From a bacterium (lineage in GTDB: Bacteria > Margulisbacteria > Marinamargulisbacteria > JABIPA01), in the NCBI GenBank assembly GCA_018698675.1, contig JABIPA010000019.1:17902-81901 (forward strand): a DNA stretch of 64,000 bases. Direction: 5' to 3'. The notes under the pieces were generated by a model, which searched no databases, had not been told where the DNA came from, and saw only the letters and a list, made by a program, of their open reading frames with translations. The stretch's first letter is position 1, and each line of letters begins with the position of its first letter. Made by a program: the position numbers and the translations under genes. This document shows, in pieces, positions 29,193 to 38,956 of the stretch.

Positions 29193-29237
29193 TTTTATTA
29201 TAGCTGTTTTTTAACGTATTTGTTTTTAGTAGGGCTC

Positions 29238-29525
29238 TTAAATATCGGAATAGTGTTCTACAGAAGGAAATGGATCATAAAAATGGTGTAATAAATCGCT
29301 CCATTCTTTATATTTTTCAGAGGATCTAAATCCTATTGTATGGTCTTCAAGAGTTTCCCACTTTACTAGTAGAATGTACTGATTTTTATTTTCTATACAT
29401 TTCTTGAGTTGATGAGAAATATATCCATCCATACTTGAAATAATGAGACATGCCTTTGAAAATGCTTTCTCGAAGGCATGTGTTTGATTTTTCTTAACAT
29501 TTAAAATTGCTACTTCTAATATCAT
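29238..29525 (-). CDS. Small ABM (antibiotic-biosynthesis-monooxygenase-like) domain protein
   Basis: 95 aa, ...LLVKWETLEDHTIGFRSSEKYKEW... typical of the ferredoxin-like ABM fold. Confidence 0.4.
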   Translation of the reverse strand: MILEVAILNVKKNQTHAFEKAFSKACLIISSMDGYISHQLKKCIENKNQYILLVKWETLEDHTIGFRSSEKYKEWSDLLHHFYDPFPSVEHYSDI

Positions 29526-29558
29526 ATTGTTTTTTTTAATGAACTTAGAAATTTATCT

Positions 29559-30305
29559 CTAGTCTCGTCTACTATTTAATTTCATTAGAAGGCGAAGAAT
29601 TTCTAAGTAGAGCCATACGAGAGTAACTGTTAATGCAAATGCTCCGTACCATTCGAAGTACTTAGGAAGTCTTTTTTCGGCGGCTTTTTCGATGAAATCA
29701 AAATCTAATACTAAATTTAATGCGGCTATGATTACTACAAATACACTAAAGCCTATTCCAAAAAGCCCCGAACTATGAATAAGTGGAACTTGAATTCCAA
29801 ATATTCCAAGAACAAAAGATGCTAGATAAACGATAAAAATACCGCCCATTGCAGATACCATACCTGCTTTAAAGTTTTCAGTTGCTTTTATGTATCCAGA
29901 ATTATATGCGAAAAGAAGGCAAAAAAATGTTCCAAATGTTAGTGTTACTGCTTGAAATACGATTCCAGGAAATTGTGTTTCAGCGAAAATAGAAATACCT
30001 CCAATAAGAAGTCCTTCAGTTACAGCATAAAAGGGAGCCGTATATGATGACCATTCTTTTTTAAAGGTTGTAACGATTGCTAGGATTAGGCTGGCAATGA
30101 ATCCGAATCCCGTCCACAGAGTGATTGATTCTAGGCCAATAGATGATGCTTTTGTCCAAACGAACATTGCCGAAGCAATTAATAAAAAAAGCATAACGAA
30201 GCTATTTTTAATCGTTCCTTGAACAGTCATTACTTCATTCGTTTGTTCTTGAGAGTAATGGTTAAATGCTTTTTCGCTTAATGTTGGGTTGCCTGATCGA
30301 AACAT
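29559..30305 (-). CDS. Bax-inhibitor-1/YccA family membrane protein
   Basis: Seven hydrophobic helices. Lys-rich C-terminal tail RLLMKLNSRRD typical of BI-1. Confidence 0.7.
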   Translation of the reverse strand: MFRSGNPTLSEKAFNHYSQEQTNEVMTVQGTIKNSFVMLFLLIASAMFVWTKASSIGLESITLWTGFGFIASLILAIVTTFKKEWSSYTAPFYAVTEGLLIGGISIFAETQFPGIVFQAVTLTFGTFFCLLFAYNSGYIKATENFKAGMVSAMGGIFIVYLASFVLGIFGIQVPLIHSSGLFGIGFSVFVVIIAALNLVLDFDFIEKAAEKRLPKYFEWYGAFALTVTLVWLYLEILRLLMKLNSRRD

Positions 30306-30503
30306 AGTGATTCTCCTATTTCAAATTTTAATATATTTTACCAGAATTTGTGTATTTTTGAATGCTTCTAATATATTTGGTCGGACTTTATATTTTTTGA
30401 GGTTTATTTGTTTAATGGTTTTTAGTCCACATTTTTTTATTTATTTTAATTTCCTGAAAGATTTCTTTTAAAAGAAAACATTATTTGTAATAATTTTGTC
30501 TCG

Positions 30504-31151
30504 ATGGCAAAAAAAAAGTTTTATGTAGTTTGGAAAGGTAAGCAACCTGGTATTTTTTTGACTTGGGCAGAATGTGAAAAACAGATAAAGGGGTTTCCGG
30601 GTGCGAAATATAAATCGTATCCGACCAAAGGTGAAGCCGAAACTGCATATGCCAATGAACCAGTTTTTTCGAAAAAATCGTCTTCTACCTTTAAATCTTC
30701 TCAATTTTATTTGTCCGATGAAATTAGAAGTTTAGGTTCAAATGGACCTATTTACAAAAGCATGGCAGTAGATGCTGCCTGTAGTGGTAACCCTGGTACG
30801 GTAGAATATCGGGCAGTTATGGTTGATTCAGGAAAAGAAATATTTAAAAAACACCCAATGGCTTTTGGCACAAACAATTTAGGTGAGTTTTTGGGCTTGG
30901 TTCATGGGATAGCTTATATTACAAATAATAAACTTAATATCCCTCTTTATTCAGATTCTTTAACAGCAATGTCATGGGTTAAGAAGAAGAAAGTTAAATC
31001 TACGTTGTTTCGAGATTCTACAAATGAAGAGATTTGGGGATTGGTTGATAGAGCTGAAAATTATCTTAAAGAAAATGTTGTATCTGTAACGCTTTTGAAG
31101 TGGAATACTGAAAAATGGGGAGAGATTCCTGCAGATTTTGGAAGGAAGTAG
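30504..31151 (+). CDS. rnhA: Ribonuclease HI with N-terminal hybrid-binding (caulimovirus-VI-like) domain
   Basis: HBD motif KFYVVWKGKQPGIFLTWAECEKQIKGFPGAKYKSYPTKGEAETAY. Catalytic domain has DAACSGNPG...EYR ... NNLGEF ... YSDS (DEDD carboxylates). Confidence 0.8.
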   Translation: MAKKKFYVVWKGKQPGIFLTWAECEKQIKGFPGAKYKSYPTKGEAETAYANEPVFSKKSSSTFKSSQFYLSDEIRSLGSNGPIYKSMAVDAACSGNPGTVEYRAVMVDSGKEIFKKHPMAFGTNNLGEFLGLVHGIAYITNNKLNIPLYSDSLTAMSWVKKKKVKSTLFRDSTNEEIWGLVDRAENYLKENVVSVTLLKWNTEKWGEIPADFGRK

Positions 31152-31183
31152 TCGTCTGGAATTTGAAAATAACGAAATCGTTT

Positions 31184-33205
31184 TTATAGGGTTCGTTTAT
31201 ATGGGTTATTTATGATAATTTGTTTTACATTATTAATTGCGTTAAGACTGGATGCTGTTGATAGAGGTTTTGAACCAAATCTAAATACTTGTCGTTTATC
31301 TCTGTATTTTTTTGCTAATACGTTATGAAAATCATTTTTTAAAAAACCATCGTATTTATGTTGGTGATTGATATATTCTTCTCCTTCTTTATGATAGTAA
31401 TTAAATTTTATAAGAGTTGATATAGGCCAAGCACCATCTTTAGACTGTCTGCTTATTAGTTCGTTTGTAAAAGAATCAATTTTTTTTATATTTGATTTAG
31501 GATATGTGGGGTCAAAGCTACTTAAGTACCCTGAAATTTCAATCGGAGATAGTTTTTGTAAGGGAATATTTTGACTATCAAAATCGGCCCTTAATTTTTG
31601 AATAAATGAGCGAAGCTTAAAATTACTGTATTGGTTTCCTATTGAACCCATGTTTAGGATTGTTCCAAGAGTTTTATAAAAACTGGTCTTAATCCAATAT
31701 TCGTTTTGAGCCAATAGATGATGTAATCGATATTCTCTCTCATTTGTATTAAAACCATGTTTTTTGTGCCAACCTAATACCACCAATGTGTCTCCTATGG
31801 CAGCACCATAGTAGGCAATCGTTCGAGTTTTATTCCAGTGAATATCGTCGAAAAAAAATCCTCGAAAAAGTCCTGATTCAAGTTTAATGGCATTAAATTT
31901 TTGTTTCAGATAATGTTTGTCAAATGAGTTTATCTTTGATTCAAAAATATAGTTTCCTAATGTGGTGCTGAACGTATCCGTGTCTGTAAAAATATAGGGG
32001 GTAATTTTATCTAAATCATCGTCGTATTCGCCGTAGTAGGACCAAATATTTTTATATCGTCTTTTACTCCATACATAGTTTTTTGATTTTTTTATCCAGG
32101 TGGTAGATGGATTTATAAAATTTAGTTTAACAAGAATATATTCCGTGCCACCAAGATTGGACTCTCTAACTGTTTTTTTAAATGTAGGATCAAAGCCATA
32201 ATATTGGTTCCACGATCCATCTTCGTTTTGTTCGTTTTCTAAGAATATTAATCCTTTATTCACTGTTTTATTAATTTTTGAAATATATAAAAGGTCGTTC
32301 GTTTTTAGAGCACACAATAAAAATGTTCCTGTAACTAAAAGAATTAAAAAGAAGATTTGGGCGAATTTTAGTTGAAGGTATTTATTTTTTCGAGGCAGAA
32401 AAATCAGATAGATAAGAATATGAATTGTTAAAATAGTTACCGTAAAAGGGATGAGTATTTCGAGGTTTGCATTGTAAATTAGAAAAATAAATAAAAGATA
32501 ATTATAAAAAAATATACGTTTTGATAAAGAGAATAAGTTATGGGGATTTGGTTTAATTCTGTGGACTATTTTTGAAGATGATTTTTCATTGCTAGACGTC
32601 GCAGATTTATTGGATGGTTTTTTTTTTTGAATATTTTTAGCTATATTATGAATGTTGTTCGCGAGGAAGATAAAGGAAACCATTGTTGAAAACCCAATTG
32701 AATAAATTGTAATTGTGTCCCACGCTTCAAAAGCTAGGAGCGTTAAAGACAAGATAAATAATGTTAGGAAAAATGAATTGAGACTATCTGGAGAATTTTT
32801 ATTGGGAGCGTTTCGTTTATATAAAACGAAAAATAATATAGTGAGAAGAAGGAATATAAAACTGAGTATATTTTTTTCTAAGATAAAGATTGTTATTGGA
32901 AGTAAGAGGGTAACTGGCAATAAAGCTATCGTGTAATGATTGGATGGTTTTTTTTGAAATGTGCTTTTATCAAAAATAGTTCTAATTAGATATAATGAAA
33001 TTAAAGTAAAAACATATGCAAGAAAATACAGTTTTAGTTTACTTATATGGGGATATATATGATTTTTTGATAAAATGAACGGAATAAAAAACAATAACGA
33101 TTGAAAAAATAAGGGTAGTAGAGTTTGAAATATTTTAGATCTTTCTAAAGATAAGAATTTCATATTAATTTTTATAAAATTATCAAACTTATTTTTAAAT
33201 AGCAA
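31184..33205 (-). CDS. Polytopic membrane protein with C-terminal prenyltransferase/terpene-cyclase-like QW repeats (α/α-toroid-like)
   Basis: At least 8 N-terminal TM helices. C-terminal repeats ENEQNEDGSWNQYYG and SRQSKDGAWPIST match the Q-x-x-DG-S/A-W motif of squalene cyclase/prenyltransferase β-subunit repeats. Confidence 0.4.
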   Translation of the reverse strand: MLFKNKFDNFIKINMKFLSLERSKIFQTLLPLFFQSLLFFIPFILSKNHIYPHISKLKLYFLAYVFTLISLYLIRTIFDKSTFQKKPSNHYTIALLPVTLLLPITIFILEKNILSFIFLLLTILFFVLYKRNAPNKNSPDSLNSFFLTLFILSLTLLAFEAWDTITIYSIGFSTMVSFIFLANNIHNIAKNIQKKKPSNKSATSSNEKSSSKIVHRIKPNPHNLFSLSKRIFFYNYLLFIFLIYNANLEILIPFTVTILTIHILIYLIFLPRKNKYLQLKFAQIFFLILLVTGTFLLCALKTNDLLYISKINKTVNKGLIFLENEQNEDGSWNQYYGFDPTFKKTVRESNLGGTEYILVKLNFINPSTTWIKKSKNYVWSKRRYKNIWSYYGEYDDDLDKITPYIFTDTDTFSTTLGNYIFESKINSFDKHYLKQKFNAIKLESGLFRGFFFDDIHWNKTRTIAYYGAAIGDTLVVLGWHKKHGFNTNEREYRLHHLLAQNEYWIKTSFYKTLGTILNMGSIGNQYSNFKLRSFIQKLRADFDSQNIPLQKLSPIEISGYLSSFDPTYPKSNIKKIDSFTNELISRQSKDGAWPISTLIKFNYYHKEGEEYINHQHKYDGFLKNDFHNVLAKKYRDKRQVFRFGSKPLSTASSLNAINNVKQIIINNPYKRTL

Positions 33206-33328
33206 GCAGTTTTCGGACTCTTCGTTTATTCAAAAAATTGCCATATATTTCATTTTATTGTCAATTAAAAACGGATCCTATAGGATACAAAAAATGGTGA
33301 TACACTTATTCTTAAATTTGGCGTCATC

Positions 33329-35200
33329 TTGGATATAAAAATGAATTGTATACAAAAATTGAGAATTATTTTTAATAACGTTTTTTGTCGACAATTTAAA
33401 CTTATATTTATTGGGTTATTAGTTCTTATTTTTGGTGTATGGATTGGTTTTTTTAAACATAAAGATATAGCTTCTATATTTAATAGTTCGAACATTTTGA
33501 ATTCTAAAATCGTGGATAATTTTCGTTTAGTCGATCATAATGGAAATGGCCATGAACTTTATTATTATTCTAATAAAAAAGCGATTGTAATAATTTCTCA
33601 TGGGATAGGGTGTCCAATTGTAAGAAAGAATATTTCTGCAATTCAATTATTAAATGAACAATTTTATTCGAAAGGTATTCAATTCTTTTTTTTGAATGCA
33701 AATATTCAAGATACATGTTCTTTAATTAAAGAAGAAGCTGACTCGTATTCAATTGATATTCCGATCTTAAAAGATAATACTCAATTCATTTCTCATTCGT
33801 TAGGATTTTTGAGGACGGCGAATGCCATTATTATTGATCCAAAAACATGGACTGTTGTATTTGAGGGACCTGTTGATAGCTCTCAAAATTATGGATTTCA
33901 GTCACGGATGAAAGAAATACCGTTTTTAAAAAATGCATTAAATCAGATTTTATCTAACCAGGTTATATCTCCTTCTAAGGAGGATGCTAAGGGTTGTTTA
34001 ATTGCATATGAGGATTCGTTTCAACTTGATGGAGAAACTATTTCTTACAATATGCAAATTGTACCTATTTTTCGAGATAATTGCTTAAAATGTCACAAAA
34101 AAGAGGGTGTCGCTCCATGGGCTATGTCAAATTTTTTAAACGTTAAGGGATTTTCCTCGATGATCAAGGAAGTTGTTTTAACTAAAAGAATGCCTCCTTA
34201 TCATATAGATCCTTCAGTTGGCGAATTTTCAAATACGACAAATATGTCTTTTGAAGATGAACGATTGTTATTGCAATGGATAAACAGTGGTGCGAAAAAA
34301 GACAAAAAAGCTATCGATTCTTTAGGTAAATATCACGATGATCTGGTGGCGTTGGATAAAAAACAAAACAAAGGAAAACCAGATTTTTCTATAAACCTTG
34401 GGGAACAGATTGGGCATGCAAATGAACTTATGGAATATAGGTATTTTTTAAATCCATCAGGGATAACGGAGGACAAGTGGATTAAACGCAGCGACTTTAA
34501 AACTTTAAATAAGGAAGGTTTACATCATGCTGTTTCCTATTTTGTTTCTTTAGATATGATTCAAAAAGTAGGTTACGATATGGAAAGGCTAATGGATCTA
34601 TTAAGTTCAGATAGTAATATTGTGAATATATATGCACCAGGTTATGATTCTTTTGTGTTACCTCCTGATACAGGAGTTCTTCTTCCAAAAGACTCATATA
34701 TTTTGACTGAACTGCATTATACGCCCATAGGGAAAGAGGTTGTTGATTTTCCAATGATTGATTTGTTTTTTTGGGAAGATAAACAATCATTTTCGATGGA
34801 ATTCGATTTGATTATTGATGTCGATTTTTTGATTCCGGCTAATGAAAAGTCTCATACGATTTCTAAAGAAATTAGAATTGATCAAGATATAAAATTGGTC
34901 TATTTGAACCCCCACGGGCATTTGAGAGTAAAACGTTTTTTTGTAGATGTTATTTATCCTGAGGGAACTAAAGAGAGTTTGATAAATGTGCCCTTTTTTG
35001 ATTTTAATTGGCAGAATTTATATTCGTTTGAAAAATTGAAATTCATCCCTAAAGGAAGTGTTCTTAAGTTTGAAGGTATTTATGACAACTCTGCTATGAA
35101 TTTAACAAACCCTGATTCGTCAAATGAGGTACGTCACGGACATCAGGCCGAAGATGAAATGTTTGTTCTATTATTTGGTTTTATTAAAGTAAAACCGTAA
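33329..35200 (+). CDS. Signal-anchored protein with redoxin-like N-domain and a single cytochrome-c CXXCH motif
   Basis: N-terminal TM. Redoxin-like segment with single Cys (IVIISHGIGCPIV). Heme-binding motif FRDNCLKCHKKEGVAPWAM. Unassigned C-terminal domain (...VRHGHQAEDEMFVLLF). Confidence 0.4.
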   Translation: MDIKMNCIQKLRIIFNNVFCRQFKLIFIGLLVLIFGVWIGFFKHKDIASIFNSSNILNSKIVDNFRLVDHNGNGHELYYYSNKKAIVIISHGIGCPIVRKNISAIQLLNEQFYSKGIQFFFLNANIQDTCSLIKEEADSYSIDIPILKDNTQFISHSLGFLRTANAIIIDPKTWTVVFEGPVDSSQNYGFQSRMKEIPFLKNALNQILSNQVISPSKEDAKGCLIAYEDSFQLDGETISYNMQIVPIFRDNCLKCHKKEGVAPWAMSNFLNVKGFSSMIKEVVLTKRMPPYHIDPSVGEFSNTTNMSFEDERLLLQWINSGAKKDKKAIDSLGKYHDDLVALDKKQNKGKPDFSINLGEQIGHANELMEYRYFLNPSGITEDKWIKRSDFKTLNKEGLHHAVSYFVSLDMIQKVGYDMERLMDLLSSDSNIVNIYAPGYDSFVLPPDTGVLLPKDSYILTELHYTPIGKEVVDFPMIDLFFWEDKQSFSMEFDLIIDVDFLIPANEKSHTISKEIRIDQDIKLVYLNPHGHLRVKRFFVDVIYPEGTKESLINVPFFDFNWQNLYSFEKLKFIPKGSVLKFEGIYDNSAMNLTNPDSSNEVRHGHQAEDEMFVLLFGFIKVKP

Positions 35201-35201
35201 T

Positions 35202-37379
35202 TTAAATACTTTCATTATAAATAGTCGAATATATTTCATAAGTATTTAAAACTTTGTTTAAAAATTCATTTGTTTCAGGATAAACAACCTGATCTTGAAA
35301 AACTTGAAGGTCTTGTTCTATGCCTCCTTTTATCCATTTTTGAACGATTTTTGGGCCGACATTATAACTGGCTATTGCGTAATGAAAATAGTAATTAAAT
35401 GTTTCTAATAACCAAGATGTATAAAATGATCCGAATTTTATGTTTTGTTCAGGATTGAATAATGTGTGTTTCCCTTTCCATTGCATACCTAACCTAGTGT
35501 TTAGCCGCTTGCATACGTCCAACTCAAGTTGAGTGAGTCCGTATTTTTCTTTTTTTAATAGAAGGGGGTTAAACTGGCTTGATTCTTTAATAAGGGCCAT
35601 GACAAGCAAAGGGTCTACTCTGTATTTTTTAGAGAATTCTTTGATTTCGTTAGCATAAACTATTGGATATGCCATTTTTATCATCGGACGAGGGTATAGT
35701 CCATATTTTTTTAATTTACTCTTAATACCTGTATCGATTGATTTTATTGCGAGTTCGGGTTTACCTAGTTTGTAGAGGATTTTTGTTTTGTGGAATACAT
35801 GCATTTTTGAAAACCTATCAATACTTGTTAAATAGAATTGGATTTCTTCTAAAGCCATATCCGCAAGTCCTATCATAAAAAGAGTATTAAATTTTTTGAA
35901 CTGCTTATTTGTTTTGTTTTCAATTCCAGTTGGTTCAAACTCACTTTCTTGAAATGGTTTACTAAAATATTCATTGTATATTTGGTTTGTATAAAAACTT
36001 TGAGGATATTGAATGACAGCATTTCTGAATATTTTGTCGCCAAAAATATTTTCATTGCGTTCTGTAATTAATTTTTCATACCAGGTTATAATTTTCGAAG
36101 AAGCGATCGGATTCGTAATACATTTTTTAAAATATGGTATATGTGTTTCAGACGGTTTATTTTTTACAGCTAGTTTTAAATTTGCCCATTTTGACTCCCA
36201 TTCATATTGTTTGAACGGCATTGTATTGTAATATTTAGTTTCGAATACGTTTAAATATTTTTTATAATCTTCGTATGGCCCAAAACGTCTGTAATAGTCG
36301 TTTAGGAAATAATACGCTGTCGCAAAATATGATTCATTTATTGATTTTTTAAACTGTGTCGACTTTTGTGCTCGATTTAGAAAAGCAATAAAGCTTGTTT
36401 TTGCCGATTTGAAGTCTCTTTTTTTTTCGTAGCTTAAGCCTAGAAAAAACATAACATCGCCAATATCTTTGTCACTCGGATAAAATAGTAAGGCTCTTCT
36501 TAATGTTGGTATAGAACGTCCAAATTTGTATTGAAAATAATATGTTTTACCTAAAATTACATAAATTTGACTAATGTATTTAAAGTCCGGAAACTTTTTG
36601 ACCATGTATGTTGCTTGTTTTTCGACTTTTTCATAATCTTTTAATCGGTATAAGTTTTTTAAGTAAAGCAAGTTTTCGTATGGACCAAATAAACTATCAT
36701 GAATTGTTAACTTGTGTTTAAAGTTTTTTTGGATACGTTTGAAAAGAGTTCTGTCGCTATCTGCTTCAGGAAAGTGTTGAATAAGTTGTCCGTATTCTGT
36801 TAATACTTGGTCAATGTTTTGGGCGTCTAAGGCAATGTCTATAAGGAGCCGTCTAGCGCCTGTAAATATTACTTCATCTTTTCTAGGATCTGAGAGTAAT
36901 CTGTCAATGTGCCTTTTTGAAGTTGCTATTTCATTTTCTTTAAAATAAAAATTTGCTAAAGCTAAAATCGATTTTTTCGATATATATGGTGATTCGGCAG
37001 AACTGAGAGAGTTTCTTAGGATTTGTTTTGCCTTCTTTTTTTCATTTTTTTTGAGGTGTCGAACAAATGTTAAATAGTGAATATATGCACCTACCTCTGG
37101 GGGCGTATTATTCGACTTTAGATATTTTGAGGCAGATTGAGGGTCATTTAATTTAGTTAAAATGACTCCCATTAATGTATTTCGATATGGGTTTGATTTA
37201 GGATCAATTTCCTCAAGGAGAGCTTTTGCTAACGGATAATTACCATCGTAAAAGTGTCGTAATGCTTGTAGATATGGTGTCGAAGGTGTGATTCCTGGAT
37301 AATTTTCGAATGCTTGAATACTTGAGCAAAAGCCCAAGAAAAGCAGCATTAGTCCTAAAAAAAACCGGTTAATTATCAC
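35202..37379 (-). CDS. slt: Soluble lytic murein transglycosylase (Slt70-like: superhelical N-domain plus C-terminal SLT domain)
   Basis: Signal peptide. C-terminal SLT catalytic region LIKESSQFNPLL...YGLTQL...ASYNVGP (E-S ... GLMQ ... AYNxG motifs). Confidence 0.75.
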   Translation of the reverse strand: MIINRFFLGLMLLFLGFCSSIQAFENYPGITPSTPYLQALRHFYDGNYPLAKALLEEIDPKSNPYRNTLMGVILTKLNDPQSASKYLKSNNTPPEVGAYIHYLTFVRHLKKNEKKKAKQILRNSLSSAESPYISKKSILALANFYFKENEIATSKRHIDRLLSDPRKDEVIFTGARRLLIDIALDAQNIDQVLTEYGQLIQHFPEADSDRTLFKRIQKNFKHKLTIHDSLFGPYENLLYLKNLYRLKDYEKVEKQATYMVKKFPDFKYISQIYVILGKTYYFQYKFGRSIPTLRRALLFYPSDKDIGDVMFFLGLSYEKKRDFKSAKTSFIAFLNRAQKSTQFKKSINESYFATAYYFLNDYYRRFGPYEDYKKYLNVFETKYYNTMPFKQYEWESKWANLKLAVKNKPSETHIPYFKKCITNPIASSKIITWYEKLITERNENIFGDKIFRNAVIQYPQSFYTNQIYNEYFSKPFQESEFEPTGIENKTNKQFKKFNTLFMIGLADMALEEIQFYLTSIDRFSKMHVFHKTKILYKLGKPELAIKSIDTGIKSKLKKYGLYPRPMIKMAYPIVYANEIKEFSKKYRVDPLLVMALIKESSQFNPLLLKKEKYGLTQLELDVCKRLNTRLGMQWKGKHTLFNPEQNIKFGSFYTSWLLETFNYYFHYAIASYNVGPKIVQKWIKGGIEQDLQVFQDQVVYPETNEFLNKVLNTYEIYSTIYNESI

Positions 37380-37423
37380 ACCTTTAAATTATCATATAAA
37401 AAATCGTTTATAAAACTGTATTT

Positions 37424-38956
37424 TTAGTGTTTAAAATGACGTATGCCAGTAAATACCATCGTCATATCGTTTTCATTACAACAATCTATTGATTCTTGGT
37501 CTCTTTTTGATCCACCTGGTTGAATGACAGCCTTAACGCCATGTTTTGCTGCAAGTTCTAATGAATCAGAGAAAGGAAAAAATGCATCAGATCCGACAAC
37601 AGCTCCTTTAGCTAAGTCTCCTGCTTTGGACAATGCGATTTCCATCGCATCAACTCGACTCATTTGACCAGCACCTACACCTACAGCTCGTCCATCATTT
37701 ACTATAACGATTGCATTCGATTTAACATACTTCACTAGGGTGAATACAAATGCAAGATCGATTAGTTCTTTGGCCGTTGGTTTTTTGTCAGTGACAGCAT
37801 TTAAGTTATTCATATCTACTTTAAATGTATCCGTAGTTTGAACGAGGCACCCTCCATCAATGTTTTTCATTTCAAATGAAGGATCGTTATTAAAAAAGTC
37901 ATCAAGTGAGATTAGTCTAAGCGACGATTTTTTTGAAAGTAGAGATAACGCTTCGTCATCAAAAGAAGGTGCTACTATAACTTCGATAAATGTTTTTGCA
38001 AGTTCTTCAGCTGTTTTTTTAGTTACACTTCTGTTAAGCCCTACTATTGAACCAAATGCGGATTTTGGGTCGCATTCAAATGCTTTTGTATATGCTTCCG
38101 TTATGTCTTCTCCAATTGCAGCACCACATGGATTAGTATGTTTAATAACAGAAGCACAGGGAAGGTCAAAACTTTTAACAATTTTCCAAGCTGCTTCAAT
38201 ATCAACGATGTTGTTATAGGAAAGTTCTTTTCCTTGATGCTGTTTTAATTTTGGAAGACCTTTTGTGTCTGTCAGTTTGTAAAAAGCGGCGTCTTGATGA
38301 GGGTTTTCTCCATATCTTAAGTCTGAGATTTTTTGTAAATTAGGTGAAAGAAAATCTGGAAGGCCTTTTTTAGACATAAGCGTTTTTTCTAAGTAGCTTG
38401 AAATTATTCCATCGTATCTAGCTGTATGGCTAAACGCTTCACATGCAAGAGATTCTTTTGTTTCTTTGCTTAGTTTTGAATCACTGTTTTTTAATTCAGC
38501 GATAATAGTATCGTAGCGTTCAGGATTTACAACGACTCCTACAGATTGGTAATTTTTTGCGGCCGAACGGATCATAGAAGGCCCGCCAATATCGATATTG
38601 GCAATTGCTGTTTCTAGGGTAACGTCTTTAGAGTTAATTGTTTTTTCGAAAGGATATAGATTCACAACAACCATATCTATTAATGGGATTCCATGTTCTT
38701 TACATGTAGCCATGTGTTCTTCGTTTTCTCTTAAAGATAGTAATCCGCCATGAATTTTGGGATGTAAGGTTTTTACACGATTGTCCAACATTTCTGGAAA
38801 CTCTGTAATGTCTTCTACAGGAATAGCTTTTACTCCATTTTCTATTAGTACTTTAAAAGTTCCACCAGTTGAAACAATTTCATATCCTAGTTTAACTAGT
38901 TCACTACAAAAATTTACGATACCTGCTTTGTCAGATACACTTACTAGTGCTTTCAT
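37424..38956 (-). CDS. purH: Bifunctional AICAR transformylase / IMP cyclohydrolase
   Basis: N-terminal MGS-like ALVSVSDKAGIV...VKTLHPKIHGGLL. 510 aa with the AICARFT domain. 4-nt overlap with purN. Confidence 0.9.
   Translation of the reverse strand: MKALVSVSDKAGIVNFCSELVKLGYEIVSTGGTFKVLIENGVKAIPVEDITEFPEMLDNRVKTLHPKIHGGLLSLRENEEHMATCKEHGIPLIDMVVVNLYPFEKTINSKDVTLETAIANIDIGGPSMIRSAAKNYQSVGVVVNPERYDTIIAELKNSDSKLSKETKESLACEAFSHTARYDGIISSYLEKTLMSKKGLPDFLSPNLQKISDLRYGENPHQDAAFYKLTDTKGLPKLKQHQGKELSYNNIVDIEAAWKIVKSFDLPCASVIKHTNPCGAAIGEDITEAYTKAFECDPKSAFGSIVGLNRSVTKKTAEELAKTFIEVIVAPSFDDEALSLLSKKSSLRLISLDDFFNNDPSFEMKNIDGGCLVQTTDTFKVDMNNLNAVTDKKPTAKELIDLAFVFTLVKYVKSNAIVIVNDGRAVGVGAGQMSRVDAMEIALSKAGDLAKGAVVGSDAFFPFSDSLELAAKHGVKAVIQPGGSKRDQESIDCCNENDMTMVFTGIRHFKH

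Noticed and set aside
30468-30704. 78-aa minus-strand ORF overlapping the rnhA start, and 33265..33495 overlapping the start of the redoxin/CXXCH gene
   Set aside because: Both overlap the 5' ends of better-supported genes on the opposite strand and are Phe/Arg-rich AT-frame artefacts.
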